Origin: Candidatus Poribacteria bacterium
Lineage (GTDB): Bacteria; Poribacteria; WGA-4E; WGA-3G
Reading direction: 5' to 3'
Length of the DNA: 36,201 nucleotides
NCBI GenBank assembly: GCA_007571355.1
Contig: RKRO01000548.1
Span: 1-36,201, forward strand
Every line of letters starts with the position of its first letter. The stretch's first letter is position 1. The translations under genes were made by a program, and so were the position numbers. The notes beneath the pieces were generated by a model. It was given only the letters and a program-made list of their open reading frames with translations, was not told the DNA's origin and searched no databases. Positions 32,169-36,201 of this stretch are shown here, piece by piece.

Positions 32169-32933
32169 TCAAAAATTTTCCCTCACAAAATCGAGGTTTT
32201 TCGCCGCGGACGCGACTGGATCGTCCTTACCCGGCGTTTCCAATACGAACCAACCATCGTACCCGACAGCGTGTGCGGCTTCAAAGACTGCAGGAAAATC
32301 GACATCGCCTTCACCAGCGTGATTACCGCCAGTGTCCTTAATGTGCATCTGGGAAATCGATGTTCCTAAGCTCCGAATTTCAGAGGGTGAGTCATAGCCT
32401 AAACCGGTAGCGTTCCCCATATCGTAATAGACCCCAACAGCGGATGAACCGACATTGTCAATAATTCGTTGATGTTGTTCTGCGCTCAGCGTCGATTCAA
32501 TTGCAAGGGCGACATCGTGTTTTTCGGCGGTTTCAGCAGCGGCTTTCAATCCATCTATGAACCGTTGTGCATCGATATGATCATCCTCAATTTTACCGTT
32601 TCCAAAAAAGGGCACCAATATCACTTTTGCGCCGAGTTGTGGCGCGATTTCTGCAAGGTATTGCAGTTTCGCGATGCCTTCGCTTCTGGTGCTGTCGGTC
32701 GGATGCATAAACGAATAAGCCGTGAAACCACCCGGGGACAGCGAAGAGACTTCGATGTCTGCAGCTTCCGATAGACTGTTCACTTTATCGAGCCCACCAT
32801 CTTGCCAGAGGGCGTGCTCGCGGTAATTGACACCCATACACAGTTCTATGCCATCAAATCCAATGTCTTTAGCTTTCTGAAACGATTCTTCAAAGGAAAC
32901 GGGTAACATCCCATCCCGAATACCTACTTTCAT
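32169..32933 (-). CDS. Sugar phosphate isomerase/epimerase (xylose-isomerase-like TIM barrel)
   Basis: AKDIGFDGIELCMG, LAIESTL, YDMGNA and GEGDVDFPAVFEA fit the AP_endonuc_2/TIM-barrel pattern. AGGAGG is the SD. Confidence 0.8.
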   Translation of the reverse strand: MKVGIRDGMLPVSFEESFQKAKDIGFDGIELCMGVNYREHALWQDGGLDKVNSLSEAADIEVSSLSPGGFTAYSFMHPTDSTRSEGIAKLQYLAEIAPQLGAKVILVPFFGNGKIEDDHIDAQRFIDGLKAAAETAEKHDVALAIESTLSAEQHQRIIDNVGSSAVGVYYDMGNATGLGYDSPSEIRSLGTSISQMHIKDTGGNHAGEGDVDFPAVFEAAHAVGYDGWFVLETPGKDDPVASAAKNLDFVRENF

Positions 32934-33089
32934 ACCTACCTCCTAAACGGAAATAATGTGCGATTGAGATTGAACCTTGGTCAATTCTGAATTTTAACAT
33001 AGTCTTAACACGAATTGCAAAGAGATTTGAAATCTTTTTTTTATGCTGTTATTAAGGACGCTGTTAATTACGGAATCGTGGGAAAAAAG

Positions 33090-33118
33090 TTGAATTTTTC
33101 TAATCAATGTGGTAATAT
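33090..33118 (+). promoter_or_regulatory. Probable sigma-70 promoter of the ConA-like gene pair
   Basis: TTGAAT (33090-33095), 17 nt ending in TGG (extended -10), then TAATAT (33113-33118). It lies about 100 nt upstream of the ATG at 33217. Confidence 0.5.
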
Positions 33119-33216
33119 GTTTGAAGTTAATCACAATGTATGGAACGAACCCAAAATTGTTTGGGATGCAAAAGATGCTTTCAAATGTTCCTTACCCAAA
33201 ATAGAGAGGATTTGGA

Positions 33217-33996
33217 ATGAAAAAGATTACTTGCATAATGGCAGTTTTGCTTTTATCTGTATGTCTTATTCCCGGTGTTTTCGCGCAGACCTTGATGAGC
33301 GACGAATTCGTGGGAACCGAACAAGACTTGCAGTCCTTCTGGCAAGTCAAAGATGGCGATAAGAGTCCTTGGGAGCTGCAAGATGGATTGCTGGTTGCCG
33401 AAGCGGGTTTCGATCAGAATGTATGGACTGATGACACATCTACACGTTTTTATCAGATCACGGATCAGCAACAGTTTGACATTGAAACGTCAATGGTTGT
33501 TGATTACGCTGACGCGTGTACTGTGGCTGGCATCATCGTGTATTCTGCCACAACAAAAGATCACCAGGACCGTGATGGTCAGTGGGTAACATTGAAATTG
33601 TGGGGACGTGGTGCTGCGCAAGGCAATAATGCAGTGCTTCAATACCAACGTCGTCAGAATGATGATGCTGCTTTAGGATATGTTGGTACACAAGTCGATT
33701 ACAACCCAGACCAAGGTGTTATCCCGATTGAGTTACGTGTTAAACGCGATGGCGATGACTACGAGTCGTGGTTCAAGCCGAATGGAGAAGGCGATTGGGT
33801 CTCAGTGAGTACAGTGACAAACGAACTCGAAGATCCCCTTGAGGTTGGCCTCTACGTCGGTATCTGTGAAGGCGAAAGTGCTATAGGTAGAATGACTGTT
33901 ACTTTCGACTATTTCCACGAGGCCTCCAGCCCGGCGACACCGGTTGACCCGCGCGATAGGCTCGCTGTTACGTGGGGTGGACTCAAAGGACAGTAG
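33217..33996 (+). CDS. Secreted concanavalin-A-like lectin/glucanase-fold protein (DUF1349-like), paralog A
   Basis: Signal peptide MKKITCIMAVLLLSVCLIPGVFA. DEF..T..DLQSFWQV...WELQDGLLV..AG.DQNVW, FDIETSMVVDY...AGIIVYS and WVTLKLWGRG form a beta-sandwich-like pattern. The fold assignment is tentative. Confidence 0.65.
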   Translation: MKKITCIMAVLLLSVCLIPGVFAQTLMSDEFVGTEQDLQSFWQVKDGDKSPWELQDGLLVAEAGFDQNVWTDDTSTRFYQITDQQQFDIETSMVVDYADACTVAGIIVYSATTKDHQDRDGQWVTLKLWGRGAAQGNNAVLQYQRRQNDDAALGYVGTQVDYNPDQGVIPIELRVKRDGDDYESWFKPNGEGDWVSVSTVTNELEDPLEVGLYVGICEGESAIGRMTVTFDYFHEASSPATPVDPRDRLAVTWGGLKGQ

Positions 33997-34028
33997 TCGC
34001 GAAAGTTGTTTGTAGTTTTTCTGAATTG

Positions 34029-34058
34029 CTGGCGGCTCTAATGCCGCCAGTTCTTTTT
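34029..34058 (+). terminator. Rho-independent terminator between the two ConA-like paralogs
   Basis: CTGGCGGC-TCTAAT-GCCGCCAG (8-bp GC-rich stem, 6-nt loop) followed directly by TTCTTTTT. Confidence 0.75.
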
Positions 34059-34070
34059 AGGAGGCGAGAT

Positions 34071-34871
34071 TTGAGGTACACCGCTATTTTATTCTTTATT
34101 GGTTTTGTGATGCTTTATGGGACTTCTACTGAAGGGGCTGAGTCTCTCGGCGATCCGTTTGATGGAAATGCTTTGAAGAATCCGAATTGGAAATGGAAGA
34201 CCTCTGATGTGGAAGACGTTGAACCGAAAGAATGGGATCTGGGTAAAACAAAAGCCGGATGGCTTCATGTCACCGGTGAACTGAATCGTAATCTCTGGCC
34301 CTCAGACACAACGAATCGGCTCTATCAAGAACATGAAGGTGATTTTGACATAGAGACGCACCTGTACATGGACTATGAAGATGCGTGTGTCGTTGCTGGG
34401 GTCGTTGCCTACTCGCCAACAACGAAGGATCGTCAAGGACGCGAAGGTGAGTGGGTGACGATTAAACTCTGGGGTCGCGGTCCCGCAAACGGCAACAATG
34501 CAGTTATCCAATATCAGAAACGGCAGTTTGATGCAGGTGAAGGGCTTGTTGGTGTTGTTCCGAGGTTCCAAGACCCGGCGGGTGAAATGGAGCTTTACAT
34601 ACGACTCCGGCGTGAAAAGGATACTTTTACGGCGTGGTGGAAACGGGAAGCCAATGATACTTGGATTGACATCGGCGAAACTGAACAGGAGTTTGATGAA
34701 CCGCTTGAAGTCGGTATCTACGTCGGTATTTGCGATGGCAAAGGCGAACAGATTGCGCAATTCGAGTATTTTGAAGACCTTCTCGTGCCGTTTGATGTTT
34801 CGCCGCGTGCGAAGCTGCCGATTGCTTGGGGTGACTTGAAACGTCGGCAGAGTCTGTCGAGTGATCGTTAG
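34071..34871 (+). CDS. Secreted concanavalin-A-like fold protein (DUF1349-like), paralog B
   Basis: TTG at 34071 with AGGAGG at 34059-34064 gives the signal peptide (M)RYTAILFFIGFVMLYGTSTEGA. It is colinear with paralog A (NLWPSDTTNRLYQE, FDIETHLYMDYEDACVVAGVVAYSPTTKDRQGREGEWVTIKLWGRG). The ORF-track start at 33972 would run through the terminator. Confidence 0.65.
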   Translation: MRYTAILFFIGFVMLYGTSTEGAESLGDPFDGNALKNPNWKWKTSDVEDVEPKEWDLGKTKAGWLHVTGELNRNLWPSDTTNRLYQEHEGDFDIETHLYMDYEDACVVAGVVAYSPTTKDRQGREGEWVTIKLWGRGPANGNNAVIQYQKRQFDAGEGLVGVVPRFQDPAGEMELYIRLRREKDTFTAWWKREANDTWIDIGETEQEFDEPLEVGIYVGICDGKGEQIAQFEYFEDLLVPFDVSPRAKLPIAWGDLKRRQSLSSDR

Positions 34872-34913
34872 TTGTTGCTAAATTCGGAGCATCACAAAAG
34901 ATTCTTGCTGAAA

Positions 34914-35798
34914 ATGAAGTTCGCTTGTTTTACAATTTTTATCCTTATCTTTATCGGTGGTGATGACTTTATTGGGGCTGAGATAAGTGAGGCTGCCCAA
35001 CGAGTTCTCTCCACAATAGAGTGGGTCTCTATTCCTGAAGGCACGTTCCTGATGGGATCGACACCTGAGGAAGCGGAAGCTGCTTACGAGGACGCAAAGT
35101 TGCGGAGTTCGATGCTTGAACGGCACACGTTTGATGCGGAACTACCTCAACATCAGGTCTATTTGAGTGCTTACGAAATTTCACGGTATGAAATCACGAA
35201 CGCGCAATACCGCGCTTTCATTGAGGCAACGAACCGTCCGACACCGCGTGGACACAATGGCGAGGAGACTTGGTTAGATGAAACACTCAATGGTGACACA
35301 CAGCCCGTTGTTGGTGTGACGTGGTTCGACGCGCAAGCGTTCGCGGAATGGATCGGTGGAAGCCTTCCAACTGAAGCGCAGTGGGAACGCGCTGCACGCG
35401 GCACATCAGCACGCACCTATCCGTGGGGGGATACGCCACCGAAGGCTCGTCAACATGCGAACTTTGCGCGTCGCTATAATCGTCCTGTGTCGGTGGGACA
35501 GTTCTCGGAAGGTGAATCACCAGATGGCATCGCGGACCTTGCTGGGAATGTATGGGAGTGGTGTCTTGATGAATATAGCCCGACAGCTTATCAGCGAGGA
35601 GGCAGTAGCGATGTGTCCCGAAATCCGCTCAATCTTCGCTTTCGAGATGTGCTTCGGGCGAGAGTGATTCGTGGGGGCGCGTGGGATGTCGGGCGCGCGT
35701 TTCTCCGCTCAGGTTTGCGGTTCAAATTCTACCCTTTGGATTCAACACACACGATCGGATTTCGGATCGTCCGCCCGCGTCCAAAAATAAAAGAATAA
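34914..35798 (+). CDS. Secreted SUMF1/EgtB/PvdO (FGE-sulfatase fold) family protein lacking the FGE catalytic cysteine pair
   Basis: WVSIPEGTFLMGS, YEITNAQYRAFIEAT, PVVGVTWFDAQAFAEW, LPTEAQWERAARG, GNVWEWCLDEY, VIRGGAW and GFRIV. The ATG at 34914 gives the hydrophobic N-terminus MKFACFTIFILIFIGG. Confidence 0.85.
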   Translation: MKFACFTIFILIFIGGDDFIGAEISEAAQRVLSTIEWVSIPEGTFLMGSTPEEAEAAYEDAKLRSSMLERHTFDAELPQHQVYLSAYEISRYEITNAQYRAFIEATNRPTPRGHNGEETWLDETLNGDTQPVVGVTWFDAQAFAEWIGGSLPTEAQWERAARGTSARTYPWGDTPPKARQHANFARRYNRPVSVGQFSEGESPDGIADLAGNVWEWCLDEYSPTAYQRGGSSDVSRNPLNLRFRDVLRARVIRGGAWDVGRAFLRSGLRFKFYPLDSTHTIGFRIVRPRPKIKE

Positions 35799-35811
35799 CC
35801 TTCCTGCCATT

Positions 35812-36201
35812 ATGTTCCAATGCAAATACTACTCGCCCTGTTTTTTGACCTCCATACTAACGCCTTTTCTCCTTTTTATATTTCCACACCTCAGCAATGC
35901 TGATCCTTATTTCCGCGATATAACGAATGCGATGCATCTCGATTTCCAGCATGTCAACGGATTTTCAGCAGAACGCCGACTCGTTGAGACGATGGGCAGT
36001 GGTGGGGCACTCTTTGACTTCGATAACGACGACGATTTAGATCTCTACCTCGTTCAAGGCAATTCACTTTTGCCGTCGGCAGAATCTCTGCCTAACAATC
36101 GACTTTACCGAAACGATGCTGGTATTTTTGTTGACATCACAGCATCCGCAAATGTTGGTGATACCGGCTACGGACTGGGGGCAGTCGCTGCGGATTACAA
36201 T
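35812..36201 (+). CDS. CRTAC1/ASPIC-type FG-GAP repeat protein, 5' part (runs off the window)
   Basis: The ATG at 35812 is open in frame to the window end (130 codons). YFRDITNAMHLDFQHVNG...GSGGALFDFDNDDDLDLYLV...NRLYRNDAG.FVDIT parallels the N-terminus of the 14360-16060 protein. Confidence 0.75.
   Translation, partial: MFQCKYYSPCFLTSILTPFLLFIFPHLSNADPYFRDITNAMHLDFQHVNGFSAERRLVETMGSGGALFDFDNDDDLDLYLVQGNSLLPSAESLPNNRLYRNDAGIFVDITASANVGDTGYGLGAVAADYN

Noticed and set aside
33015-33362. 115-aa + strand ORF in the divergent promoter region
   Set aside because: It would run across the predicted promoter and overlap the signal-peptide-encoding start of the 33217 gene out of frame. Its TTG start has no RBS.
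33972-34070. Upstream extension of ConA-like paralog B overlapping paralog A
   Set aside because: The extension would be translated through a strong intrinsic terminator (34029-34058). The TTG at 34071 has a perfect AGGAGG and yields a proper signal peptide.

Overview
This is about 36.2 kb of bacterial chromosome, roughly 50% G+C by eye, densely coding, with no rRNA, tRNA or CRISPR array found. All family names below come from reading the translated ORFs against remembered motifs. No database was searched.

Content:
- Housekeeping genes: moaC, trxB, serA, tatA, msrA, a MoxR ATPase, an FGGY sugar kinase, an Ldh_2 oxidoreductase, a Gfo/Idh/MocA oxidoreductase and a sugar-phosphate isomerase.
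- Many signal-peptide proteins: three LamG paralogs, two ConA-like paralogs, two CRTAC1/ASPIC FG-GAP proteins, one each of TPR, HEAT-lipoprotein and FGE-fold proteins, and a 987-aa transglutaminase-core protein.
- This mix is typical of uncultured PVC/Poribacteria-like lineages. That is a low-confidence inference.
- The left edge carries a truncated IS4-type transposase remnant.

Most notable observations:
1. A low-GC single-gene island (25.64-27.31 kb) encodes a Swt1-like HEPN domain (RNRTSH), a long coiled coil and a degenerate RecQ-type helicase C-lobe. It is a candidate undescribed defence or abortive-infection effector. It sits next to a methyltransferase with an unusual NAPW motif.
2. 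Five secreted proteins from two different lectin-fold families share a short C-terminal tag, KL(A/S)(T)TWGxLK, followed by a basic tail. This looks like a modular sorting or anchoring signal without a transmembrane helix.
3. An ATP-grasp-like amidoligase is paired with a PhyH dioxygenase.
4. A MoxR ATPase is linked to a giant protein that combines a C13-like module lacking its cysteine with an intact transglutaminase core.
5. Two translationally overlapped genes of unknown function form a cassette.
6. Several families of intergenic repeats and hairpins are present.
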